DNA of 64,000 nt from the human T2T-CHM13v2.0 reference genome, Homo sapiens. The notes below the pieces were generated by a model that saw only the letters and a program-made list of their open reading frames with translations, did not search any database and was not told the origin of the DNA. The first letter of the stretch is position 1; every line of letters begins with the position of its first letter. The stretch lies in the NCBI RefSeq assembly GCF_009914755.1, contig NC_060944.1; one strand, written 5' to 3'. The position numbers were made by a program, and so were the translations under genes. Positions 12,801 through 26,027 of this stretch are shown piece by piece.

Positions 12801-15800
12801 TTTTTGTGGAAAGTGCAAGTGGATATTTGGAGCCCTTTGTGGCCTACGGTGGAAAAGGAAATATCTTCACATGAAAACTACAAAGAGGCATTCTGAGAAA
12901 CTTGTTTGTGATGTGGGCATTCATCTCACAGAGTTGAACCTTTCTTTTGATTGAGGAGTTTTGAAACACTCTTTTTGTAGGAACTGCAAGTGGATATTTG
13001 GAGCACTTTGAGAACTATGGTGAAAAGGAAATATCTTCACATAAAAAACTACACAGAGGCAATCTGAGAAACTTCTTTGTGATGTGTCCATTCATCTCAC
13101 AGAGATGAACCTTTCATTTGAATGAGGAGTTTTGAAACAGTCTTTTTGTAGAACCTGCAAGTGGATATTTGGAGGGATTTGAAGCCTAATGTTGAAAAAG
13201 AAATATCTTCACATAATAACTACACAGAAGCATTCTGAGAAACGTCTTTGTGATGTGTGCATTCATCTCACATAATTGAACCTATCTTTTGATTGAGCAG
13301 TTTGGAAACACTCTTTTTGTAGTATCTGCAAGTCGATAATTGGAGGGCTTTGAGGCCTATGGTGGAAAAGGAAATATCTTCACATAAAAACTACACCAAA
13401 GCATTCTCAGAAACTTCTTTGTGATGTGTTCATTCGACTCACAGAGTTCAACCTAACTTTTCAAAGAGCAGTTTTGAAACTCTCTTTTTATAGAATCTGC
13501 AATTGGATATTTGGAGACATTTGCACCCTATGGTGGAAAAGGACATATCTTCACTTAAAAACTACACAGAAACTTTCTGAGAAACTTCCTTGTGATATGT
13601 CTATTCAACTCGCAGAGTTGAACCTATCTCTTGATAGAGAAGTTTTGAAAGTCTTTTTTTAGGGAATCTGCAAGTGGATATTTGGATCCCTTTGTGGCCT
13701 ATGGTGGAAAAGGAAATATCTTCACATAAAAACTTCACAGAAGCATCCTGAGAAACTTCTTTGTGATGTGTGCATTCATCTCACAGAGTTGAACCTATCT
13801 TTTGATTGTGCAGTTTCCAAACAATCTTCATGTAGAATCTGCAAGTGGATATTTGGAGCCCTATGAAGCCAATGCTGGAAAAGGAAATGTTTTCACATAA
13901 AAACTGCACAGAAGCATTCTGAGAAATTTGTTTGTGATGTATGCATTCAACTCTTGGAGTTGAACTTATCTTTTGATAGAGCAGTTTTGAAACTCTCTTT
14001 TTGTAGAAACTGCATGTGATTATTTGGAGCCCTTTGTGGATAATGATGGAAAATGAAATATCTTCCCATAAAACTACACAGAAGAATTTTGAGAAGCTTC
14101 TTTGAATGTGTGCATTCATCTCACAGAGTTGAACATTTCATTTGATTGAGGAGTTTTGAAACTCTCTTTTTGTAGAATCTGCAAGTGGATATTTAGAGAA
14201 CTTTGAGGTCTATTGTGGAAAAGGAAATATCTTCACATAAAAACTACACAGAAGCATTCTCAGAAACTACTTTGTCATGTGTGCATTCGTCTCACAGAGT
14301 GGAACTCTTCTTTTGATAGAGCAGTTTGGAAACGCTCTTTTAGTACTATCTGGAAGTGGATATTTGGAGCGCTTTGAGGCTTATGGTGGAAAAGGAAAGA
14401 TCTTCACTTAAAAACTATACAGAAGCATTCTGATAAACTACTTTGTTATGTGTGGATTCAACTCACAGAGTTGAACCTATCTTTTGATTGAGCCATTTTG
14501 AATCTCTCTTTTTGTAGAATCTGCAAGTGGATATTTGGACCTCTTTCCAGCCTATTTTGTAAAAGGAAATATCTTCACATATAAACTACACAGAAGCATT
14601 CTCAGAAACTTCTTTGTGATATGTGTATTGAAATCATCGAGTTCAACCTATCTTTTGATTGAGCAGTTTTGAGTCTCTGTTTTTGTGGTATCTGCAAGTG
14701 GCTATTTAGAGCCCTTTGCGGCCTCTGGTGGAAAAAAAATATCTTCACATAAAAACTACACAGAAGCGTTCTGAGAAACTACTTTGTGATGTGTGCATTC
14801 ATCTCACAGGGTTGAACCTTTCTTTTGATTCAGCAGTTTTGAAACACTCTTTTTATAGACTCTGCAAGTGGATATTTGAAGAGCTTTGAGTCCTATCGTG
14901 GAAAAAGAAATATCTTCACGTAAATACTAAACAGAAGCATTCTGAGAAACTTCTTTGTGATGTGTGCATTCACCTCACAGAGTTCAAACTTTCATTTCAT
15001 TGAGCAGTTTTGAAACACTCTTTTTGTAGAATCTGCAAGTGGATATTAGGAGCACTTTGAGGACTATGGTGGAAAAGGAAATATCTTCACTTAAAAACTA
15101 TACAGAAGCATTCTGATAAACTACTTCGTTATGTGTGGATTCAACTCACAGTGTTGAACCTATCTTTTGATTGAGCCATTTTGAATCTCTCTTTTTGTAG
15201 AATCTGCGAGTGGATATTTGGAGCTCTTTCCGGCCTATATTGTAAAAGGAAATATCTTCACATGTAAACTACACAGTAGCATTCTGAGAAACTTCTTGGT
15301 GTTGTGTGCAATCATCTCACTGAGTTGAACCTTTCTTTTGATTGAGCAGTTTTGAAACACTCTTTTTATAGTATCTGCAAGTGGATATTTGAATTGCTTT
15401 GAGACCTATTGTGGAAAAGAAAGTATCCTCACATAAAAACTGCACAAAAACATTCTGAGAAACTTCTTCTGATGTGTGCATTCATCTCAAAGAGTTGAAA
15501 CTTTCTTTTGTTTGAGCAGTTTCGAGACGCTCTTTTTGTAGAATATGCAAGTTGATATTTGGAGCGTTTTGAGGCCCATGGTGGAAAAAGTAATATCTTA
15601 ACATAAAAACTAATGGAAGCATTCTGAGAAACTTCTTTGTGATGTATGCATTCATCTAACAGAGCTGAACATTTCTTTTGACTGAGCAGTTTTGCATCAC
15701 TCTTTTTGAAGAATCTGCAAGTGGATCTTTGGAGCGCTTTGTGGCCTGTAGTAGAAAAGGAAATATCTTCACATAAAAAGTAGACAGAAGCATTCTTAGG

Positions 15801-18800
15801 AACTACATTGTTATGTGTGAATTCATCTTACAGAGTTGAACCTTTCTTTTGATTGAGCAGTTTTGAAACACTATTTTTGTAGAATCTGCAAGTGGATATT
15901 TGGTGTGCTTTGAGCCCTATGGTGGAAAAGGAAGTATCTTCACATAAATCTAGACAGAAGCATTCTGAGAAACTTCTTTGTGGTGTCTGCCTGACACACA
16001 GGGTTGAACCTTCCTTTTGGTTGAAAAGTTTCGATACAGTCTTTTTGTAGAATCTGCAAGTGGGTATTTGGAGAGCTTTGCGTCCACCAGTGGAAAAGGA
16101 AATATCTTCACATAAAAACTATACAGAAGCATTCTGAGAAACTTCTTTGTGATGTGTGCATTCATCTCACAGAGGTGAACATTTCTTTTAAATGAACAGT
16201 TTTGAGACACTCTTTTTGTACAATCTGCAAGTGGATATTTGGAGCACTTTGAGGCCCTTAGTGGAAAAGGAAATATCTTCACATAAAAACTAGACAGATC
16301 ATTCTGAGAAACTTCTTTGTGATGTGTGCGTTCATCTCACAGAGTTGTACATTTCTTTTGATGGAGCAGTTTTGAAACACTCTCTTTGTAGAACCTGCAA
16401 GAGGATATTTGGAGCGCTTTGTGGCCTATGGTGGAAAAGGAAATATCTTCCCATAAAAACCAGACAGAAGCATTCTGAGAAACTTCTTTGTGATGTGTGC
16501 ATTCATTACACAAAGGTGAAACTTTCTTTTGATTGAGCAGTTTGCAACACTACTTTTCTAGAGTCTGGTATTGGATATTTGGAGCGATTTGCAGCCTATG
16601 GTGTAAAAGAAAATATCTTCACATAAAAAGTAGATAGAAGCATTCTGAGAAACTTCTTTGTGATGTGTGCATTCATCCCACAGTGTTTAACCTATCTTTT
16701 GATTGAGCAGTTTGGAAACCTTCTTTTGGAGAATCTGTAAATGGATATTTGAAGGGTTTTGAGGACTATGGTGGAAAAGGAAATATCTTTACATAAAAAC
16801 TAGGCAGAAGCATTCTGTGAAACTTCCTTGTAATGTACGCATTCATCGCACAAAGTTGAACCTTTGTTTTAATTGAGCAGTTAAGAAACACTCTTTTTGT
16901 AGAATCTGCAAGTGGATATTTGGCATGATTTGCGGCCTATGGCATAAAAGGCAATACCTTCATATAAAAACTAGACAGAAGTATTCTGGGAAACTTCTTT
17001 GTGATGTGTGAATTCATCTCACAGAGTTGAACCTGTCTTTTTATTGAGCAGTTTTGAAACACTCTTTTTGTGGAATCTGCAAGTGAATATTTGGAGCATT
17101 TTGAGGCCTATGGTGGAAAAGGAAATATCTTCACATAAAAACTAGACAGAAGCACTCTGAGAAACTACTTTGTGATGTGTGCATGCATCTCACAGAGTTG
17201 AGTCTTTCTTTTGATTGAGCAGTTTTGAAACACTCTTTTGTAGAAACTGCCAGTAGATATTTGGGATGCCTAGTGGCCTATGGTGAAAAGGGAAATATCT
17301 TCACACAAAAACAGAAGCATTCTGAGAAACTACTTTGTGATGTATACATTCATCTCACAGAGTTGAACCTTTCTTTTGATTGAGCAGTTTTGAAAAACTC
17401 TTGATGTAGAATCTGCAAGTGTGTATTTGGAGCACTTTGCAGCCTATGGTAGAAAAGGAACTATCTTCGCATAAAAACTAGGCAGAAACATTCTGAGAAA
17501 CCTCTTTGTGATGTGTGCATTCATCTCACAGAGTTGAACCTTTCTTTTAATTGAACAGTTTTGAAACACTCTTTTTGTGGAATCTGCAATTGGATATATG
17601 GAGCGCTTTGAGGCCTATGGTTGAAAAGCATTATCTTCACATAAAAACGTCACAGAAGAATTCTGAGAAACTTCTCTGTGAGGTGTGCATTCATCTCGCA
17701 GAGTTGAACCTTTCTTTTCATTGAGCAGTTTTGAAACCCTCTGTTTGTAGAATCTACAAGTGGAGATTTAGAGTTCTTTGAGTCCTATGGTGGAAAAGGA
17801 AATATCTTCACATAAAAACTAGACAGAAGCATTCTGAGATACATCTTTGTGATGTGTGCATTCATCTCATAGTGTTAAACCTTTCTTTTGATGGTTCAGT
17901 TTTGAAACACTCTTTTTGTAGAATCTGCAAGTGTATATTTGGAGCACTTTGCGGCCAATGGTGGAAAAGGAAATACCTTCACATAAAAACTAGACAGAAG
18001 CATTCTCAGAAACTTCTTTGTGATGTGTGCGTTCATCTCACAGAATTCAACCTTGCTTTTTTTGAGCAGGTTGGAAACACTTTTTTTTAGTATCTGCTAG
18101 CAGATAATTGGAGTGGTTTGGGGCCTATGGTGGAAAAGGAAATATCGTCACATAAAAGCTAGACAGAAGCATTCCGAGTAACTTCTTTGTGATGCGTGCA
18201 TTCATCTCACAGAGTTGTACCTTTCTTTTGATTGAGCAGTTTTGAAACACACTTTTTGTGGAATCTGCAAATGTATATTTGGAGCGCTTTGCAGCCTATG
18301 GGGGAAAAGGAAATATTTTCGTATAAATGCTAGACAGAAGCACTCTGAGAAACTGTATTGTGATGTATGCATTCATCTCACAGAGGTGAAACTTCCTTTT
18401 GATTGAGTAGTTTTGAAACACTCTTTTTGTACAATCTGCAAGTGGGTATTTGGAGCCCTTTGCGGTATGTGGTGGAAAAGGAAATATCTTCACATAAAAA
18501 CTAGACAGAAGCATTCTGAGAAACTTCTGTGTGATGCGTGCATTCATCTCACAGAGTTGAACCTTTCTTTTCATTGAACAGTTTTGAAACTCTGTTTTTG
18601 AAGTATCTGAATGGGGATATTTGGGGCTCTTTGAGGTCTTTGGTGGAAAAGGAAATATTTTCACATAAAAACTAGACAGAAGCATTCTGAGAAAGTTCTT
18701 TGTGATGTGTGCGTTCATCTCAAAGAGTTGAAAAATTCTTTTGATAGAGCAGTTTTGAAACACTCCTTTTGTAGAATCTGCAAGTGGATATTTGGAGCTC

Positions 18801-21800
18801 TTTGGGGCCTATGGTGGAAAAGGAAATATCTTCACGTAAAAACTAGACAGAAGGATTCTGAGAAACTACTTTGTTATGTGTGCATTCATCTCAAAGTGTT
18901 GAATCTTTCTTTCGATTGAGCAGTTTTGAAACACTCCTTTTGTAGAATGTGAAAGTGGATATTTGGAGCACTTTGTGGACTATTGTGGAAAAGGAAATAT
19001 CTTCACATAAAAACAAGACAGAAGCATTCTGAGGAACTTCTTTGTTATGTCTGCATTGAACTCATAGAGTTGAAACTTTCTTTTGACTGAGCAGTTTTGA
19101 AACACTCTTTTTGTAGAATCTACAAGTGGATATTTGGAGTGCTTTTTGGCCTAAGGTGGAAAAGGAAATATCTTCACATAAAAACTATACAGAAGCATTC
19201 TGAGAAACTTCTTTTTGATGTGTGCATTCATCTCACCGAGTTGAAAATTTCTTTTGATTCAGTACTTTTGAAGCACTCTTTTTATAGAATCTGCAAGTGA
19301 ATATTTGGAGACCTTAGCGGCCTATGGTGGAAAAGAAAATATCTTCAAATAAAAACTAGACAGCACCATTCTGAGAAATTCTTTGTGATGTGTCCATTCG
19401 TGTCATAGAGTTGAATCTTTCTTTTGATTGAGCAGTTTTGAAACACACTTTTTGTATAATCCGCAAGTGAATATTTGGAGCGCTTTGCGGTCTATGGTAG
19501 AAAAGAAAATATCTTCAAAGAAAAACTAGACAGAAGCATTCTGACAAACTTGTTTGTGATGTGTGCATTTATCTCACAGAGTTGAGCCTTTCTTTTGATT
19601 GAGCAGTTTGGAAACACTCTTTTTGTAGAAACTCCAAATTGGTATTTGGAGTGCTTTGAGGCCTATGGTGGCAAAGGAAATATCTTCACATAAAAACTAG
19701 ATGGAAGCTTTCTGAGAAACCTCTTTGTGCTGTGAGCATTCATCTCACAGAGTGGAATGCTTCTTTTGATTGAGCAGTTTTGAAACACTCTTTTTGTACA
19801 ATCTGCAAGTGTATATTTGGAGCACTTTGAGGCCTATCTTGGAAATGGAAATATCTTCACATAAAAACTAGACAGAAACATTCGGACAAACATCTTTTTG
19901 ATGTGTGCATTCATCTCACAGAGTTGAACCTTTTTTTTTAACTGAGCAGTTTTGAACCATTATTTTTGTAGAATCTGCAACTGGATGTTTGGAGCACTTT
20001 GCTGTCTATGGTGGAAACGGAAATATCTTCACATAGAAACTAGACAGAAGCATTCTGAGAAACTTCTTTCTCATGTGTACATTCATCTCATAGAGTTGAA
20101 CCTTTCTTTTGATTGAGCGCATTGAGGACTGTGGTGGAAAAGGAAGTATCTTCACATAAAAACTTGACAGAAGAATTCTGAGAAACTTCTTTTTGATTTG
20201 TGCCTTCATCTTACCGAGTTGAACCCTTCTTTTGATTGAGCAGTTCTGAAATAGTCCTTTTGTAGAATCCGCAAGTATATGTTTGCAGCACCTTGTTGCC
20301 TATGGTGGAAAAGGAAATATCTTCATATAAAAATTCAACAGCAACATTCTGAGAATCTTCTTTGTGATGTCTGCATTCATCTCATAGAGTTGAACCTTTT
20401 TTTTTTTAATTGAGTAGTGTTGAAACACTCTTTTTGTACAATCTGCAAGTGGATATTTGGAGCACTTTGAGGCCTATGGTGGAAAAGGAAATATCTTCAC
20501 ATAAAAATTAGACAGAAGCATTCTGAGAAACTTCTTTGTGATGTGTGCATTAAACTCACAATGCTGAACCTTTCTTTTGATTGTGCAGTTTTTAAACACG
20601 GTTTTTGTGGTATCTGCAAGTGGATATTTTGCGTGATTTGTGACCTTTACTGGAAAAGGAAATATCTTCACAGAAAAACTAGACAGAAGCATTCTGAGAA
20701 ACTTATTTGTGATGTGTGCATTCATGTCACAGAGTTGAAGCTTTATTTTAATTAAGCAGTTTTGAAACACTCTTTTTGTAGAATCTGCAGGTGGATATTT
20801 GGAGCACTTTGAGGCCTATGGTGGAAAACGAAATATCTTTAAATAAAAATTAGACAGAACCATTCTGAGAAATTTCTTTTTGATGTGTGCATTCAACTCA
20901 CAGAGTTGAACCTTTCTATTGATTGAACAGTTTTGAAGCACTCTTTTTGTAGAATCTGTAAGTGGATATTTGGAGCGCTTTGAGGCCTATGTTGGAAAAG
21001 GAAATATCTTCACGTAAAAATTAGACCGAAGGATTCTGAGAAACTTCTTTGTGATGTGTTTGCTCTTCTCACAGAGTTGAACATTTCTTTTGATTGATCA
21101 GTTTTGAAACACTCTTTTTGTAGAATCTGCATCTGGATGTTTGGAGCACTTTGGGGCCCATGGTGGAAAAGGAAATATCTTCACATAAAAACTACGCAGA
21201 AGCAATCTGAGAAACTTCTTTGTGATGTGTGCATTCAACTCACAGAGTTGAACCTTTGTTTTGAATGATCAGTTTTGAAACACTCTTTTTGTAATACTTA
21301 AAAATGGATATTTGGAGTGGATTGAGGCATACGGTGGAAAAGGACATATCTTCACATAAATAATAGAAGCATTCTGAGAAACTTATTTGCGATGAGTGTA
21401 TTCAACTCACAGAGTTGAAACTTTCTTTTGATTGAGCAGTTTTGAAACACTCTTTTTGTCAAATCTGCAGGTGGATATTTTGAGAGCTTTGAGGCCTATG
21501 GTGCGAAAGGAAATATCTCCACATAAAAATTAGACAGAAGCATTCTGAGAAACTTCTTTATGATCTGTGCATTCATCTCACAAAGTTGAAACTTTCTTTT
21601 GATTAGACAGTTTGGAATCAGTGTTTTTGTAGAATCTGCAGGTGGATATTTGGAGCGCTTTGAGACCTATGGTGAAAAGGAAATATCTTCACATAAAAAA
21701 TAGACAGAAGCAATCTGAGAAACTTCTTTGTCATGTATGCCTTCATTTCACAGACTTGAACCTTTGTGTTGATTGCGCAGTTTGGCAACAATCGTTTTGT

Positions 21801-24800
21801 AGACTCTGTAGAGGGATATTTTCCAGACCACTGAGGCCTCTGGAGAAATAGGAAATATCTTCAGATAAGAAATAGACAGAAACATTCTGAGAAACTTCCT
21901 TCTGATGTGTGCATTCATCTCACAGAGTTGAACTTTTCTTTTGATTGAGCAGTTTGGAAACAGTCTTTCTGTACTATCTGCAAATGGATATTTGGAGTGC
22001 TTTGAGGCATACGTTGAAAAAGGAAATATATTCACATAAAAACTTGACAGAAGTATTCTGAGGAACTTCTTTTTTATGTGTGCATTCATTTCACAGAGTT
22101 GAACCTTTCTTTTGATTGAGCAGTTTTGAAACACTCTTCTTGTAGTATCTGCAAGTGGATATTTGTAGCATTTTGGGACCTATAGAGGAAAAGGATATAT
22201 CTTCAGATGAAACCTAGACAGAAGCATTCTGAGAAACTTCTCTGTGATTTTTGCATTCATCTCACAGAGTTGAACCTTTTTTTTGATTGAGCAGTTTGGA
22301 AACCCTCTTTTTATAGAATCTGCATGGGTATATTTGGAGCGCTTTGTGGCCTATAGTGGAAAAGGAAAAAACTTCACATAAAAACTAGACAGAAGCATTC
22401 TGAGTAACTTCTTGTGACTTGTGCATTCATCTCACAGAGTTGAATCTTTCTTTTGATTGAGCAGTTTGGAAACCATCCTCTTGTAGAATCTGCAAGTGTA
22501 TATTTGGAGCGCTTTGTGGACTACAGTGGAAAGGGTAATATCTTCACATTAAAACTAGACAGAAGCATTATGAGAAACTTGTTTATGATGTGTGCATTCA
22601 TATCACAGAGGTAAACCTTTCTTTTGATTGAGCAGTTTGGAAACAGTCATTTTGTACAATCTGCAAAGGGATATTTGAGAAACCCATTGAGGCCTCTGGG
22701 GCAATAGGAAATATCTTCATGTAAAAACTAGAGAGAAACTTTCTGAGAAACTTCTTCGTGATGTGTACGTTCATCTCAGAGTTGAACCTTTCTTTTGATT
22801 GAGAAGTTTTGAAACACTCTTTTTATAGAATCTGCAAGTGGATATTTGGAGTGCTTTGCAGCCTATAGTTGAAAAGGAAATATCATCACTTAAAAACTAG
22901 ACAGAAGCATTCTGAGAAGCTTCTTTGTGATGTGTGCATTCACCTCACAGAGTTGAACCTTTCTCTTGATTGAGCTGTTTTGAAACACACTTTTTGTAGA
23001 ATCTGCAAGTGGATATTTGTTGTGCTTTGGGGCCTATGGTGGAAAAGGGAATATCTTCACATAAAAACTAGACAGAAGCAATCTGAGTAACTTCTTTGTG
23101 CTGTGTGCATTCCACTCACAGAGTTGAAACTTTCTTTTGTTTGAGCAGTGTTGAAACACTCTTTTTGTAGAATCTGAAATTGGATATTTGGAGCGCTTTG
23201 CGGACTCTGGTTGAAAAGGAAATATCTTCACATAAAAACTCGACATAAACATTCTGAGAAACTGCTTTGTGATGTCTGCATTCATCTCACTGAGTTCAAA
23301 CTTTCTTTTGATTGACCAGCTTTGAAATACTCTTCTTGTAGTATCTGTAAGTGGAAATTTGTTGCAATTTGAAGCCTTTGTTGGAAAAGGAAATATCTTC
23401 ATGTGAAAACTAGACAGAAGCATTCTGAGAAACCTCTTAGTGATGTGTGCATTCATCTCAGAGTGTTGAACCACACTTTGATTGAGCAGTTTGGAAACAG
23501 TCTTTTTGTAGTATCTGTATGTGGATATTTGGAGTGCTTTGATGCCTATGGTGGAAAAGGAAACATTTTAACATAAAAATTAGACAGAAGCATTCTGAGA
23601 AACTTCTTTGTGTTGTTTGCCTTCATCTCTCAGATTTGAAGCTTTCCTTTGATTGAGCAGTTTTGCAACACTCTTTTTGTAGAATCTGCTAGTGGATATT
23701 TGGAGCGCTGTGAGGCCTATGGTAGAAAAGGTCATAACTTCACATAAGAACTGTAAAACAGGCTTCCTAAAAACAGCCTTGTGATGTGTGCAGTCATCTC
23801 ACAGAGGTAAGCAGTTCTTTTCTCTGATCAGTCTGGAAACTCTGTTCTTGTACAATCTGAAAAGGGGTATTTTTGAGCACTTTGAGGCCTATGTTGACAA
23901 AGGAAATATCTTCACAAACAAAGTGTAAAGAAATTTTCTGAGATACTTCTTTGTGATATGTGCATTCATCTCACAGATTTGACCCTCTCTTTTGCTTCAG
24001 CAGTTTTGGAAACAGCATTTTTGCAGAATCTGCCAATGGATATTTGTGAGCACTTTGAGGCCTATGCAGAAAAAGAAATATCTTCACAGAAAACTATAAA
24101 GAAGGTTTCTGAGAAACTGTTTTGTGATGTCTGCATTCATCTCACAGAGGTAATCAATTCTTTTCTTTGATCAGTTGGGAAACTCTGTTGTTTTAGAATC
24201 TGCTAAGGGATATTTGTGAGTGCATAGAGCCCTGTGGTGAAAAAGGAATTGTCTTCACATAAAAACTAGACAGAACCCTACTGAGAAACTTTTTGGTGAT
24301 GTATGCATTCATCTCACAGAATTGAAACTTTCTTTTGATTGAGCAGTTTAGAAACGTCTTTTTGTGGAATCTGTAAAGGGATATTTCTGAGCACTTTGAG
24401 GCCTATGGTGAAAGAGAAAATATCTTCACATAAAAACCAGACTAAAGAATTCTGAGAAACTGCTTTGTGATGTATGCATTCATCTCACAGAGTTCAACAA
24501 TTCTTTTGATTGAGCAGTTGGGAAACCATCTTTTTGTAGAACCTGCAAAGGTATATTTGTGAGTGCTTTGAGGTCTAAGGGTAAAAGGAAATATCTTTAC
24601 ATAAAAAGTATAAAGAAGGTTTGTGAACAACTTCTTTGTGATGTGTGCATTCATCTCACAGAGTTGAAACATTCTTTGACTCAGCAGTTTGGAAACAGTC
24701 TTTTTTTAAGATCTGCAAAGGGATATTTTTGAGCACTTTGAGTACCATGGTGAAAAAGGAAACTCATTCACATAAAAACAAGATAAAAGCTTTCTGAGAA

Positions 24801-26027
24801 ACATCTTTTTGATATATGCATTCATCCCACAGAGGTGAAACTTTCTTTTGATGAGCAGTTTGTAAACAGTATTTTGTAGAATTTCCAAATGGTTATTAGT
24901 TAGTGCTTTGTGTCCTATGTTGAAAAAGGAATTATATTTGCATAAATACTAGACAGAATATTTCTGAGAAACTGCTTTGTGATGTGTGCTTTCATCTCAC
25001 AGAGGTAACCATTTCTCTTCATTGAGCAGATTGGAAATTCCGTTCTTGAAAATCTGCAAAGGGATATTTTTCAGTGCTTTGAGGCATATGATGAAAAAGG
25101 AATTATCTTCACGTAAAAACTAGACAGAAGTTTTCTGTGAAACACCTTGGAGATGTGAGAATTCATCTCACAGAGTTGAAACATTCTTTTGATTGAGCAG
25201 TTTGTAAACAATATTTTTTAGAATCTGCAAAGGGATATTTGTGATGCTTTGACCCCTATGGTGAAAAAGGAAATATTTTCACATGAAAACTAGAAAGAAG
25301 CTTTCTGAGAAACCTCCTTGTGATGTGTGCATTCATCTCATAGATTTGAACCTTTCTTTGGATTGAGCAATTTGGATACAGTATTTTTGTAGAATCTGTA
25401 AAGACATATTTTTGAGACCTATGAGGCCTATGATGTAATAGGAAATATCTTCACATAAAAACTAGACAGAAGCTTTCTGAGAAACTTCTTTGTGATGTGT
25501 GCATTCATCTCATAGAGTTCAACCATTCTTTTGATTGAACAGTTTGGAAATAGTCTTTTTGTAGAATCTGCAAAGGGATATTTATGAGTCCTTTGAGGCA
25601 TATGGTAAAAAAGAAAATATATTCACATAAAAAGTATAAACAAAGTTTCTCAGAAACAGCTTTGTGATGTATGCATTCATCTCACAGAGGTAAATGTTTC
25701 TTTTCTCTGGTCAGTCTGGAAACTGTTCTTGTAGAGTCTGCAAAGGGATATTTGTGAGTGCTTTGAGGCCTATGGTGAAAAAGAAAATATATTCACATAA
25801 AAAGTATAAACAAAGTTTCTCAGAAACAGCTTTGTGATGTATGCATTCATCTCACAGAGGTAAACGTTTCTTTTCTCTGGTCAGTCTGGAAACTGTTCTT
25901 GTAGAGTCTGCAAAGGGATATTTGTGAGTGCTTTGAGGCCTATGGTGAAAAAGGAAATATCTTCACATAAAAATTAGAGAGAGGCTTTCTGAGAAACCTC
26001 TTTGTGATGTGGTCATTCACATCACAA
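9805..26027 (+). repeat. Monomeric alpha satellite (~95 monomers); mostly M1/SF4-like, grading to an older-looking type after ~23750
   Basis: 171-bp periodicity; A-box cctatggtggaaaaggaa throughout; cattctgagaaa/cattcatctc/gattgag variants; caaagggatatttgtgag and ggtgaaaaagg variants dominate after ~23750. Family assignment is from recalled consensus. Confidence 0.97.
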
